Below the pieces are notes generated by a model, which saw nothing but the letters and a program-made list of their open reading frames with translations, was not told the DNA's origin and did no database searches. This document shows, one piece after another, positions 28,749 through 40,794 of a stretch of DNA of 64,000 bases (the first letter of the stretch is position 1; the number at the start of each line of letters is the position of its first letter). This DNA is from Lama glama (lineage: Eukaryota). Both the position numbers and the translations under genes were made by a program. The DNA lies in contig CM052817.1 of assembly GCA_028534125.1 (NCBI GenBank), positions 31,684,001-31,748,000 of the forward strand, given 5' to 3'.

Positions 28749-29400
28749 ACACACATATACACCACAGCTTCTTTAGTCATCTGTCGATGGACATTTGGGT
28801 TGTTTCCATGTCTAGACTATTGTAAATAGTGCTGCTGTGAACATTGTGGTGCATGTGTCTTTTTGAATTGTATCTTTCTCCAGATATATATCCAGGAGTG
28901 GGATTGCTGGATCATACGGTAAGTCTATTTTTAGTTTGTTAAGGAACCTTCACACTGTCTTCTATAGTGGCTGCACCAAACTACATTGCCACCAATGGTG
29001 TACGAAAGTTCCTTTTTCTCCACACCCTCTACAGCATTTATCATTTGTAGACTTTTTAATGATAGCCATTCTGACTGCTGTGAAGTGATTGTAGTTTTAA
29101 TTTGGTGTAGTTCCTTGTAGTTTTGATTTGCATTTCTCTAGTAATTAGTGATGTTGAGCATCTTTTCATGTGCTTGTTGGGCATCTGTATGTCATATTTG
29201 CAGAGATGTCTATTTAGGTCTTCTGCCCTTTTTTTTTTTTTGATTGGGTTGCTTGTTTTTGTTGTTGTTATATATTAAGGTGTATGAGCTGTTTGTGTAT
29301 TTTGGAAATTAGTCCCTTGTCAGTCGCATCATTTGCAAATATCTTCTTTCATTCTGTAGGTTGTCTTTTTGTTTTATTGATGTATCATTAGCTGTGCAAA
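28303..29400 (-). mobile_element. L1 3' fragments (3' UTR and ORF2 end) with internal (TG)n at ~28708-28746
   Basis: Minus ORF ...QMEYYSAIKKNKIMPFVATWMDLEIVILSE is the L1 ORF2 C-terminus. Confidence 0.85.
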
Positions 29401-30050
29401 AACACGAGAAGTTTTTATTAGACTGGAAAACATTGTAAGGCTGAAGAAAATAGAAGAAATCTCGTGTGGCATATTTGCTTCCTCTTCCTTTCCGGAGCAC
29501 TGATTGTATTTTTATTTTATAATATAACTGTTCTCTTAGAAAGAAGTAAGGTGAACATATGTGAAAAATCAGTATTTATATTTTTAACCTAAATATTAAA
29601 ATTTTCCATCTATTCAGCGAGCCAGAAAGGCTTGTGTAGGTTTAACTTATTCTGCATAGCCCTAAGCTATGGACTGAGAAAAAAGTTATATTACCACTTC
29701 TAATATAATTTTATAAATAAGTTATATATATTGCCTTATAATAAAGACTAAGTATAAGCAGAATCTGTTAAAATTCCTTACAAGTAGTTTTGCTATAGGA
29801 AGTCTCTTTGTCTTGATTCCTTTTAACTAACATGAAAAAAGTTTTAATTAGAAAACTTGATTTTTCTGTGTGGACATCCTTTTAATACACATTTCACAAA
29901 GTTAGGGGGGAGGGGAAAGCTATTTTTGAGAATTGGTAACTTTGCCAGCAGCTACTTAGAGTATTTACACATCAAACATCTTCTAGATAAAAGGAGATAC
30001 CTGTAGGTTATTTCCTTGTAGAGGCCACCAAGCCAGGCAGAGCAGAGTTC

Positions 30051-32768
30051 TTTTTTTTTTTTTTTTTTTGAGTTGGGTAAGTTTTTATGCCAACTTCTAC
30101 CCTCTATAGAAGGACCAAGTGAAAATTGCCCTTGCCCTTCGCCAGGAAGTCCTTCTGTGGTGGAGGCTGTCCTGACTTCTGAGGTCTTTCCTTCAGTAAG
30201 AGGAAAATCCCCTGTTGAGGCTCCGGATTATCTGGCACCCTTGACTTCCAGCCTCCTGCAAGGATATCACTGCATTGCGAGTGGCTCCTACCCGTGCATT
30301 CAAGTCCTCCCTGGGGATCTGATCTCTATCTGCTGATTAGTCCTCCCCAAACTTCACTGACCCATAAGTACCTCTCACTCCCCAAACTGAGGAAGAAGCC
30401 CATGCCCCAAGGGCAAAACCACCTGCTCAACGGCCTCTTGATTCCTAGCCTGTTCTTGCTTCTCGTAAGTCCCCTGCCCGTGGACTCCAGACTTCCCGTG
30501 GTCTTTTTCCAACCTGATCCCTAACAGTAAAGGGAGAGAGAGAGAGACTAAACGGTTGCTCACTCCTCTGTTATTCAACTATATCCCCAGTTAGTGCATT
30601 TCATGCTCGGAAAGTTTTGTCTTGGAAGGCAGTAAGCTGTGGGCGTAGGGACAGTCTTTATGTCTTGTTACACCAAACAGCTGGCCTAGATTAAAAATTT
30701 TTTCCTCCAAATTCCTCTTTGCTTACTTTACATTCTAGCTGTTACATAATCCTCATTCTTACTCTCACTTGTCTGATAACACTCTGCTGCATTTATCTAG
30801 TGCTTACAGTTTATGAAATACCTTGTCACATAAAAAATATGTTTAAGCCTACAGAATAATCAGATCAGTCTATTGGATCGGACTGTTCCTTCTAGGAAGC
30901 TTTTTGGTGAAGGCCCAACCAGGGCAGAAGCCTTTAGAATTTACCTATGAAATCATGAACAGGCTAGCACAAGTCCAGCAACATGGAATAGTGGAAAGAC
31001 CCCAACCAGGAGTCAGGTCTTTTACTTGGGAATCACTCTTACCCCGCCTCCTCACAGAGCTGTGGAAAGGTCCCAGTGAGATAACACACTGATGGTACTT
31101 GAAAATCTTACACCCAGTTAAAACAATCAGTATCTTAGCCCCAAGGGCTCAAGCCCTATTCACAAGCAGATAAAACGGATTGGGCCAAGAACTGTAGGTG
31201 CCATCACTGACCCCTCGCTCACCAGAGCAGGGAGCTAAGGAACAGCTTAGATTACAGCTGCCTGGTCTAACCCCCACCTCTTGGCTATACCAGTCCTAAT
31301 GAGACAGAAGACGTAGTGGGATCAAGAGTTCCACCAGCTGACAGGAGCCCATACAGCTTGGACTGCAAAAGCCCAAACAGGTCAGCCTGCCAGCTCTGAG
31401 AAGCTGATTCCCACCCCCCACCCCCATTCACCTTTCCCAAATTCTCCATCCCAGACTTGCTGCTTCCAGCACACTGCCACCGAAAGGCCCCTTCCTTCCC
31501 TCCCTGCCTCTGTTCTTTTCCCTCTCACCCATTTGAGTCCACCGGGATCCAGCTGCACCTTAAAAAAAAATGCAAGGATCTCGGATTGGGGGGTAAGAGG
31601 GTGCAATGGGGGTGCTGTGTCATCACCAAGCTGCAACTTTGGTGCATGAATATGAGTAAGATGGGCAGTCAGTCCTGGCTCCAGGGAGACTCCAGGGCCC
31701 CAGTACCTTTAGGAGGGCAAGATGAGGGAAGTGCATTCCTGGCCGAATTTAGGAACAGAGGATCATTGAGTTGAAGGCCCAGAGTAACCTCGCGGGCAGC
31801 TGGGCCTGTTGCCAAGCCACCCTCGTGCTGCTAAATCGTCCCGTCTCAAGCTCCCTCTCCACCTGGGTTTTGCAAGCTCCAGCCCTTGTTCTCACACCAG
31901 TTCCCACCCGGGCCGTCCCTTGCGGTGGGTCGTGGTAGGTTTGGAGGGCATGGGAACAGGAGCCACCTGGCGGTGTGTCCTAGGCAGCCGTTGCGGAGCC
32001 TCTGAGACTGAAATTCAAGCAGGAGCGAGTCCTGGCCTGGAAGAGCTCACCTTCCCCGCCCCCGCGTCCGGCTGGAGGGTGCGGACTGCGCCGAATCCCG
32101 CACGTGGCTGGTCTCCTGCTCCTCCCGCTCCTCTCCGCCGCAGGGGGACGACCATCTTCCTCGCCCGAGGGGCCAAAGCTCTAGGGCCCCTGCGCCCACT
32201 TTGGGGAGTCCCTGCTCCGGAAGCCCCGAGGAAGGGGCGGAAGCACGGGTCCCAGTGCGAGCCGCAGATCCTGCACGCTTCTCCACCGCTCGGATCCGCC
32301 TCCCGGGCTCCAAAGCCGACCCCCACCGCACGTGGGCCCCGCGGTCCCGGAGGATGAGACTTCCGGGCGGCGGGTGAGCGCAGCAGACACTTTCCTCCAG
32401 GACGCCCCAAACTCCACTCAGCGCGGGAGGTCTTGTCTGGCACTCTGGGACCCATGGCCCTGACTCCCGTCTGCAGCAGAGAAGAGTGGCGGGAGAGACC
32501 CCAGACTCTTAGCAGTCGCATCGTCCCCTGCGTAGTGCGCGATGACCCGGTGCCCCGGTGCCGGCTAGACCACTTGGTGAAGTTGCAGACCTTGCGGTGG
32601 ATGACGAGCCACTTGTCCGGGCGCAGCTTGTGCTCCTGAATCTCCTCCCAGCTGAAGGTAGGTAGGCATCGGCGCCGCGCGCTCTGTGGCCCGCTCGCCC
32701 TGGTTCGCCGCTTCCCCGTGCTGCCTGCCGACCAGGTTGCCCCGTGCACTGCGGTGTGTGCGGCCGGA
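30051..32768 (-). pseudogene. FADS2: FADS2-derived retrocopy: 5' UTR piece, exon 1 and ~2.4 kb of retained intron-1-like sequence, with poly(A)
   Basis: Minus strand reads ...ggcaggcagcACGGGGAAG... then PTFSWEEIQEHKLRPDKWLVIHRKVCNFTKWSSRH (frameshift) RVIAHYAGDDAT, i.e. FADS2 exon 1 (cytochrome b5 domain). No exon 2 follows. T19 at 30051-30069. Flanks AGAGTTcTTTtTTTT (30044) and AGAGTTaTTTaTTTT|AA (32769-32785). Confidence 0.8.
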
Positions 32769-32770
32769 AG
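31790..32770. promoter_or_regulatory. CpG island carried by the FADS2 copy
   Basis: Very GC- and CpG-rich ~1 kb in an AT-rich neighbourhood. GC box CCCCGCCCCC at 32054; CACGTG at 32101 and 32329. Confidence 0.8.
32514..32719 (-). pseudogene. FADS2: Disabled FADS2 exon-1 coding remnant (ATG->ACG, indels, HPGG heme motif destroyed, donor GTAAG->GCTAAG)
   Basis: 206 nt versus 207 nt (69 codons) expected for FADS2 exon-1 CDS. Start codon reads ACG (plus-strand CGT 32717-32719). CCTA duplication before the FSW codons and a deletion in the HPGG codons. Confidence 0.9.
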
Positions 32771-32799
32771 AGTTATTTATTTTAACACTAACTTTCTCT

Positions 32800-35245
32800 T
32801 TGATTTATTTTTATTTTTATTTAGATATAATTGACATGTGACATTATATTCATTTCAGGTTTACGACATAATGGCTTGATATTTGTATATTTTGCAAAGT
32901 GATCATCACAATAAGTCTAGGTGACATCCAACACGTCTCATAGTTGCAAAGTCTTTTTCTTGTGAAGAAAACTTTTAAGATCTACTCTTTCAGCAACTTT
33001 CAAATATACAGTACAGCATTATTGACTATAGTCCCCATGTTGTACATTACGTCCCTATAACTTACTTACTTTATAGCTGGCAGTTTGTACTTTTTGACTC
33101 CAGTCACTCATTTCACTCACCTCCCACACCCTCACCCGCAACCCTCCCCACCTCCTGTAACCAGCAATCTCTGTGTCCATGATCTCCATTTGTTTGGTTG
33201 CTTGTTTGAGTTTGTTTTGTTTTGCTTTAGATTCCATGTATAAGTGCGATCATGCAGTATTTGTCTTTCTCTGACTTGTTTCACTTGGCATAATGCTCTC
33301 AAGGTCCATCTAGCTATTGCAAAAGTCAAGATTTCCTTTCTTTTTATGTCCATTGTGTATATATAACACATTTTATTTTATATATATATGTGTGTATTTT
33401 TACTGAAGTATAGTCAGTTTACTTTTATTTTTTTAATTTTTACATATATTTTAAAAATGTACCACATTTTCTTTATCTATTCATCCAGCAATGGACAGGT
33501 TGCTTCCATAGCTTGGCTATTGTAAATAATGCTACAGTGAACATGGGGGTGCAGATACCTTTTCAAGTTAATGTTTCTGTTTCATTCAGACAAATAACCG
33601 GAAGTGAAATTACTGGATCATACAGTAGTTCTGTTTTTCATTTTCCATAATGGCTGCATCAATTTACATTCCCATCAACAGTGTGCAAGGGTTCCCTTCT
33701 CTCCACATCCTTGTCAACACTTGTTATTTCTAGTCTGTTTGAGAATAGCCATTCTAACAGGTGGGAGGTGATACCGTACTGTGGTTTTGATTTGCATTTC
33801 CCTATTTATTTTTGATTTTTAGTATCTTTTCATGTGCCTGTTGGCCATCTGTATGTCTTCTTTGGAAAAATGTCTATTTAGATCCTCTGCCCATTTTTAA
33901 ATAGAATTGTTTGGTTTTTTTGCTATTGAGTTGTATGACTTCTTTATATTTTCGATATTAACTCAGTATCAGATACATAATTTGCAAAGATTTCCTCCCA
34001 TTTGGTAGGTTGCCTATTCATTTTATTGGTGGCTTCTTTTGCTGTGCAGAAGCTTTTTAGTTTGATGAGGGTTGGATGTGTGTGTGTGTGTGTGTGTGTG
34101 TGAAATCCAAAAAAAATCATCACCAAGACTGATGTCAATGAGTTTGTGGTGTATGTTTTCTTATAGAGTGTTACGGTTTCAGGTCATGTTCAAATCTTTG
34201 ATCTATTTTGAGTTAACTTTTGTATATGGTGTAAGATAGTGATCCAGTTTCACTCTTTTGCATGTGACTGTTCACTTTTCCCAACAGTATTTATTGAAGA
34301 GACTGTCTTTCCCCATTGTATACTTTTGGATACTTTGTTGTAATTTAATAGACCATATATGTGTGAGTTTTTTTCAGAGTTTTCTGTTCTGTGCCATTGA
34401 CCTATGTGTCTGTTTTTATGCCAATGCTATAGTGTTTTGACTACCATAGTTTTGTAATATTGTTTGAAACCAGGGAATATGATGACTCCAGCTTTGTTTT
34501 TCTTTCTCAAACTTGCTTTGGCTAGTCCGGGTCTTTTATGGTTCCATGCAAGTTTTAGGATTGTTCTATTTCTATGAAAAATGCCATTGGTATTTTGGTA
34601 GGGATTGCTTTGAATCTGTAGATTGCTTTGGTAGTGCGGGCATTTTAACAATATTAATTCTTCTAATCCATGAGCTCAGAATATCTTTCCATTTATTTGT
34701 ATCTTGTTCAGTTTCTTTCATCAGTTCTTACAGTGTTCAATGTACAGGTTTTTCACCTCAGTTAAATTTGTTCCTAGGTATTTTATTCTTTTTGAAGCAA
34801 TTATAAGTGGAATTGTTTTCCAAAATTTCTATGTCTGCTAGTTTGCTATTAATGTATAGAAACACTACAGATTCTTTGTACTGATTTTGTATCCTGCAAC
34901 TTTACTGAATTCGTTTATTAGTTCTAACAGTTTTTTGATGTGGTTGTTAGGGTTTTCTATATATAATATCATATCATTTGCAAATAGTTTTACTTCTTCC
35001 TTTTTGATTTAGATGGCTTTTATTTCTTTTTTTCTTGCCTATTTCTCTGGCTAGGACTTCCAATAATATGTCAAATAAAAGTGCCAGAAGTGGGCACCCA
35101 TGTCTTGCTCCTGAGCGTAGAGGAAAAGGTTTCAGCTCTCCACTCTTGAGTACGTTAGTGGTGGGCTTGTTCTTCGTGGCCTTGCTTGTGTTGAGGTACG
35201 TTCCTTCTATACCCACTTTGTTGAGGGTTTTTATCATAAATGGAT
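32800..35245 (-). mobile_element. L1 (ORF2 RT region to 3' UTR), 5'-truncated and decayed
   Basis: Minus ORFs MIKTLNKVGIEGTYLN...PLRSGARHGCPL...LEVLAREI and [14 protein letters not shown].. are L1 ORF2 remnants; T-rich tail near 32800. Confidence 0.92.
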
Positions 35246-35777
35246 TTTTTTAATTTTATTAAGTTGTAATCAGTTTACAATGTTGTATAAATGGATATTC
35301 TTACTTTTACTTTTAAATCCAAGATGTTTCCACTATAAACTGAAGCACAGCAACTAATTGTCATTGAGTCATAGGTTTCTTTCTTATAAAACCGCAAAAG
35401 GCAATCTGTGAGTTTCCATGAGAAGACAAAAGTGGCTAATATTTGAGAAGGAGAGAATGTGATTTTGAAATTTTCTAAATCTCAGAGTCAGGAAAGAATT
35501 AGAAGAGAGATACATATTTGTTCAACAAATTATTATTCAGCACCTTCTATGTGCCAGGATCTGTGGTATGTGCAATTTTTGTAGAGTGAGGAACTCTTAA
35601 TTAAGTTCACATCCTTGGTTATTTCAGTTTTTTTTCCAGTCACACTCAAATGCTGCTATCTCACTAAAGGATTAACTGTAATTAAGCTACCACATTGTCT
35701 AGCAGCAAATCCCAGCTATGGTCTCCCTCCCCTGAGAGAAACAAGCCACTTTTCAGACATATTTTACATAAAGGGAT

Positions 35778-36288
35778 TAATACAGGAAACATGGGGCGTG
35801 AGAGGATGGCCATGGCCCAGGTCCCAGGCAAGTCCCTGGGACATGTCCCATCAAGTGAAGGTCCTTGGCTTCTCGCAGGAAAGAATTCAAGAGTGAGTCA
35901 TAGTTGAGCAAAGGTTTATTCAGAGAGATGCACTCTCCATAGACAGAATGTGAGCCTTCTCCAAAGGCATGGGAAAGGCCACAAGATGCGGGGTTGTAGT
36001 TTTTATGAGCTTGGTTATTTCATATGCTAATGTGGGAGGATTATTCCAACTACTTGGGGAAGGGGTTGGGATTCCCAGGAACTGGGCCACTGCCCATTTT
36101 TTTACCTTTTCTGGCCAGCTTCAGAACTGCCATGGGACCTGGGAGAGTGCCATTTAGCAGCTACTGTATTACAGTGAGCCTACAATGAAGCTCAAGATCT
36201 ACTGGGAGTTGAATCTTCCACCATCTTGGTGCTAATTACTATGTCATTCTTTTAATGGTTATGCTCTGCCTCCTTCCCTCCTGTCTCA
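35778..36288 (-). mobile_element. Solo ERV LTR
   Basis: ~510 bp; minus strand starts TGAGACAGG, ends CCTGTATTA, and has an internal AATAAA (plus tttatt ~35916). Confidence 0.65.
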
Positions 36289-36528
36289 GGGTCACTTCTT
36301 CAGGTAACAACACCAAAACTCAAACTATATCCTCAAGCCTTTACAATACAGCTTCTCTGAACTGACTTCTCGGAACAAGATGGCATTCTTGTTCATAGAA
36401 ATGTGAAGTATCCTTTATCCTATTGTCAATTTGATAGACTTTCTAATTAAATGCCAGAGTAAATGAATTGATCGGTAATCAATAAAATAAATAGAAAATC
36501 TCAAAGTTAAAAATAAAGCATTTTCACA

Positions 36529-36725
36529 GGGGACTATATTCAATGGCTTGTGGTAACCTGTAATGAAAAAACATATATATACACACACACATATACATAT
36601 TCTTTGTATACATATATATATAAATAACTGAATCACTATGCTGTATACCAGAAACTAATACAACATTATAAATCAAAAAAAGAAAGAAAGAAAGAAAAAG
36701 AAATCTCTACAAAGTACAAAAAAAT
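36529..36725 (+). mobile_element. Short 5'-truncated L1 3' end with A-rich tail
   Basis: aactgaatcactatgctgtataccagaaacta L1 terminus; TSD AGCATTTTCACA at 36517-36528 and 36726-36737. Confidence 0.85.
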
Positions 36726-37047
36726 AGCATTTTCACAAATTTATTTTAAATGTTTAGAACACTCTCAGTTGTCTCAGGATAAGTCAAACAGATTTTCAAA
36801 CCCATTATAATGGAGCAGTTGTTCTTACATATTACAGGACCAAAAGCCACCTGGTAATAGGGTAGACATGAGCAAGTTGTCAGAACTGGTAGGGATAGAC
36901 AGACTGCCTGGTTTTGAATAGTTGTTTTTATTTGTTGAATCATTTCGCTTTGGCAGAATCTGGCTGTTTCATTTCATTGTCCAGAGGAGAGCAAAGCAAA
37001 GTCTTTAGAGAGCGTGAGGCATGTCTAGTTAGCACGGATAACACTCA

Positions 37048-37567
37048 TGTAGTAGGGAGGAACAAATCTGACTCCATATTAGATCTGTTTCTTTTACTTT
37101 AACCTTTGTATTCTACTGTTTTTGCTACAAGTTAATCACGAAAGGGATGGTGCCTATAGCTGATAGTATACATCATGTCCCGTCTCCGGGAGCCCTGCAT
37201 CCCAGGCCTGAGCTGAAAGCTGAAGTACCTTTGTTTAAGCCCATAGGAAACATCCTGACCAGGCTCACCTATGAATGGCTGCAGGAGGGAAGAAATGAAC
37301 ATATTCCCCCTTCCCCAGTCCAAACCCAGGATATATTTGCAACAACTTATCACCTTTTTTACTTTACCTCCTTACCTCCTTCCTCCTTTTGCTCTGTAAA
37401 AGAACCTAGTATCCAAACCTAGGCAAGATGATTCTTTGGGACACTAGTCCACCATCTTCTCGGTCTGCTGGCTTTCCAAATAAAGTCACTATTCCTTGCC
37501 ACAACAACTCATCTCTCAGTTAATTGGCCTATTGTGCAGCGACCGGTACAAGCTTGGACTCAGTAAC
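37048..37567 (+). mobile_element. Solo ERV1-type LTR
   Basis: Starts TGTAGTAGG, has a TATA-like element (ctgtaaaa) and AATAAA (~37479), ends ...ggactcagtaac. Confidence 0.7.
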
Positions 37568-38289
37568 CCTAACAATAGCCACCACATGTTAAGTGGCTAC
37601 TGTGTGTGTGCCGGGCATGTCTGTGGGTCATCTCATGTGATCTCAAAACCCTGTGAGATGGATACTATTATGTTTTCCTGCTTTTATTACCAAACGTTTT
37701 TGGCTTATAGAGGCTAAGCTTCTTGCCCTTCATAGCTGAAGGTCCCAGGCAGAGACTGATGAAATAAGATGATAGAGGTTGGCTTGGGGTGGGGGCAGCA
37801 TGTTAAGGTAGAATTTAAAAAACAGAACAAAACAGAGAGTTGATTAGGCAGTTATCAACACAATTGTGAGACCTACATACATTGTGAAGTCACCCAGCGT
37901 TTCAACGTTAAAAATATTCATTAACATTTCATAGTAGTAATTACAAGTCTACCATCACTGAGCTATCGATGGCTGATATATACACTCACTAACTGGAGTA
38001 TAAAAATTGTATGACAGCAAGATCCTCAGAATGAAAAATAATGAGCTGAGATGGGGAAATGGTAAAAGGAGTGATGAAAAGATTTTTTTACCCTAGGAAT
38101 CAGTGGAAAAACACAAGAACTGTCAGACCAGCCTGGCCTTTAAAAATATGATGCTGTAATTCTCACTTTTTAGTGAAAGTTTGGGAAACTATGAGACAAA
38201 AAGACATAGAAAACTAGATTCTGAAGATAAATATGTGTACAAAAGTTATAAATGGTGGTCTTCAACTCTGCTCTGGGAATAATATTAAG

Positions 38290-38530
38290 TATATGGCAGT
38301 GTGGGTAAGAGCATCTGGGGTCAGACCTGTGTTGAATCCTTGTTCCACCACTTACAGCTGTGTGACCCTCAGCAGGTCGCTTAACTTCATTAAGACTCAG
38401 AGTCTTCCTCCAGCCCTGATAAAGAGGGCTTGATTGTAAGATCTCTGTCATGAACTTGCTGTGCTGAGTACAAGAGACAAAGTGTATAAAGAGCTTCACA
38501 GAGTGCCTGGGCCTTAGTACTAACATTATA
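38290..38530 (+). mobile_element. MIR SINE
   Basis: MIR core (gttgaatccttgttccaccacttacagctgtgtgaccctcagcaggtcgcttaac). Confidence 0.75.
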
Positions 38531-38582
38531 ATAATTATTAATACTAAAAATGATATTTAGGAGTAATATTAATTGATCAATA

Positions 38583-39085
38583 TGTAATATATTAGGCTTT
38601 AAGTAACAGAAAACTTGATTTTCAGGGGCATATAAAAGTATTCAAGGAGTCCAAATTAGGTTATCTCAAAGAGCAGTGTTGGTTCAGTATTCATCAACAA
38701 TTTCAGGGATCCAGAATCTTTCTAACCTTATGTTCCACCATCCTAACAGTTGAATTTTGCTTTCATTCTTGTTGTCTCATGGTTCCACATGATTGCTGCA
38801 GATCCAGCCATCACATCTGTACTCGAGGCAGGAGTATGGGGAAAAGAGGCAGAGCCAGGGATATCTGTTCCCTTTCATCAAGAAAACAAAAGCTTCCCAA
38901 AAAGGCCCAGCAGATTTCTGCTTGTATCTCATTGGCCAAAAACTGTGTCACAAAGCAACTCCTGGGTAAAGGAAGCTGGAAAAATGAGTATTTAGTTGAG
39001 GACATTGCCTTCCCAAATAAATGAATTGTTAGTGGAAGAAGAGGGGCAATGGATGTTGGATTAGCAACTAACAGTGTCTGCCACA
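38583..39085 (-). mobile_element. MLT1 (MaLR) LTR
   Basis: Typical antisense MLT1 motifs (aagtaacagaaaac; tctcattggccaaaactgtgtcaca; ends gtctgccaca). Confidence 0.6.
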
Positions 39086-39290
39086 AATAAATGAATTTTC
39101 TAAATAATAGATACTTAGCTAAGTTCCAAAGACCTTTTTAAACTTTAGTCATTTTTAATGAAAATCTTTTTCTGATGCTGTCATGAACAGAAGATGCTGC
39201 TTATGAATGTGAATGTGTTTCTTAATGATTTAAGCTCATCAGTAAAATCAATGACTGTATGCTGTGTTTGGGTAATTTGTTTCTTCTCTG

Positions 39291-39421
39291 TTTGGTTGGT
39301 GGGGGGAGTAATTAGGTTTACTTATTTAGTTAGTTATTTTAATGGAGATACTGGGGATTGAACCCAGGACCTCATGCATGCTAAGCTTGTACTCTGACCA
39401 CCTGACTGTACCCTCCTTCCC
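39291..39421 (-). mobile_element. tRNA-Ala-derived SINE (vic-1-like)
   Basis: ctggggattgaacccaggacctcatgcatgctaagc; flanks share tttcttctctg. Confidence 0.85.
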
Positions 39422-40390
39422 TGATTTTTTTTCTTCTCTGGCAACCAGCTGTCAGTCCTACTGCCAGAGAGCCAGTGTTGAAGCCACTCTTACTAAGGTG
39501 CTGTGTTTTTTTCCCACAGATCCAAATCCGCTCATCCAAATGATTAGAATTACTTATAAGAATAGCCAGTAAGTTCTAAGTTCTTAACCACGTCTATTTC
39601 CACATGGATGACTAGTTTCTGTTTATCTGTCTTTGGGACAGTTATTTCACAGGTGTCCTTTGGCAGGCTTTCTGATTTTTCACTGTGTTCAAATGTTCGA
39701 ATAGCCAGAAATCTGATGTCCAGTAATTGGGGATGGGAGTGGGGAAGGGAAAGGTGCTGCTAACTAGAGGGCTCATTCACTGGTGAAGTAGACAGCACAG
39801 GAAGTGAACGCCACACCTTTTACATTCAGCCATCCTGATTGGTGCCTATAAGGAATGTAAACCCCCAGGAAACTGCTCATTCAGTCCCTGGTTAACTATT
39901 CTGTAGGAGGGACTGTAGGGGATACCTGCTCGCCAACTCTGCCGGCTTTTACATGAACCCCTTACAGGAACGAAACTCCCTCTCTCTTCAAGGACATTTT
40001 GTTATTGAGGTTGTCATTTCTGTCAGTAATTGACTGTGTCTTCTCTTCCTACGGATGATGTTAAACTATGATGTTTATTATCATTTCAAAAAAAAAAAAA
40101 CTTTTAGGAAGATTTGTTCTGCATTAGCCTACGTTGGAAAGTCAAGATGCTATTCTCTATTCTAAACAGTAGGGGGAGATCTTGTCTTCTCTCTAAGTTT
40201 TAAATCCTAACTCCCTGTCAGCTAGCTCTGAATTCAACTTGTTTTATTTTCGGTACAAGGGAATCAATGTGAGATTTTGATATTGTTCAAAATAAAATGA
40301 GAAAACATGACAGCTCAGTGAAATGTGGTATCTTCGGTGAGATTCTGGAAAAGAAAAAGGACATAACTAAGGCAATCTGAATAAAGTATG

Positions 40391-40794
40391 ATTTTGGACC
40401 AAAGTTTTGTTTCTGTTTTTCTGTCTGCCTCTGACGCTGGGACCCCAGGATCTGGGGCAGCCGCCCTCCGGTCTTAACTGCCTCGTCCTGCACTCGTGGG
40501 TCCAAGGGGCTCGGGCGCACAGGCCCCGTGCTGGCCGGCCCTCCCTCGGGGTCTGGGCCCTGAGTTCCCATGTCGGGTGGAACAAGGGTGTAAATATTTA
40601 TAATTTTTTATACCTGTTGTAAGTCACAAGGGGAAGCACATGTGGTTTTTTATGGTGACAGATGTATATTTTGGTAACAGTGGTTGCAGGCTCAGTGTTG
40701 TAAGGGGAGCAGGCAGAGTCCACTGCCCTCCTCGGGCTTGTAATGCAGAGAGAACTGAGTTAAAGCAATTTTATAACAACTCCTAAAAAAAATA
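40391..40794 (+). pseudogene. PTBP1: 5'-truncated processed pseudogene of the PTBP1 3' UTR
   Basis: Blocks attttggaccaaagt...ctgcctctgacgctgggaccc and aacaagggtgtaaatatttataattttttatacctgttgt...ggttttttatggtgaca..atgtatatttt match the recalled PTBP1 3' UTR. A-tail from 40785. Exact TSD AATAAAGTATG at 40380-40390 and 40795-40805. Confidence 0.85.

Noticed and set aside
31809..32357. 182-aa plus-strand ORF and other overlapping ORFs
   Set aside because: Stop-codon scarcity in a CpG island; low-complexity P/A/R/G product with no recognisable homology.
32015..32749. 244-aa minus-strand ORF containing a FADS2 cytochrome-b5-like segment
   Set aside because: GTG start, true ATG mutated, HPGG motif lost by frameshift, and the remainder is GC-rich intron-like read-through; not a credible desaturase.
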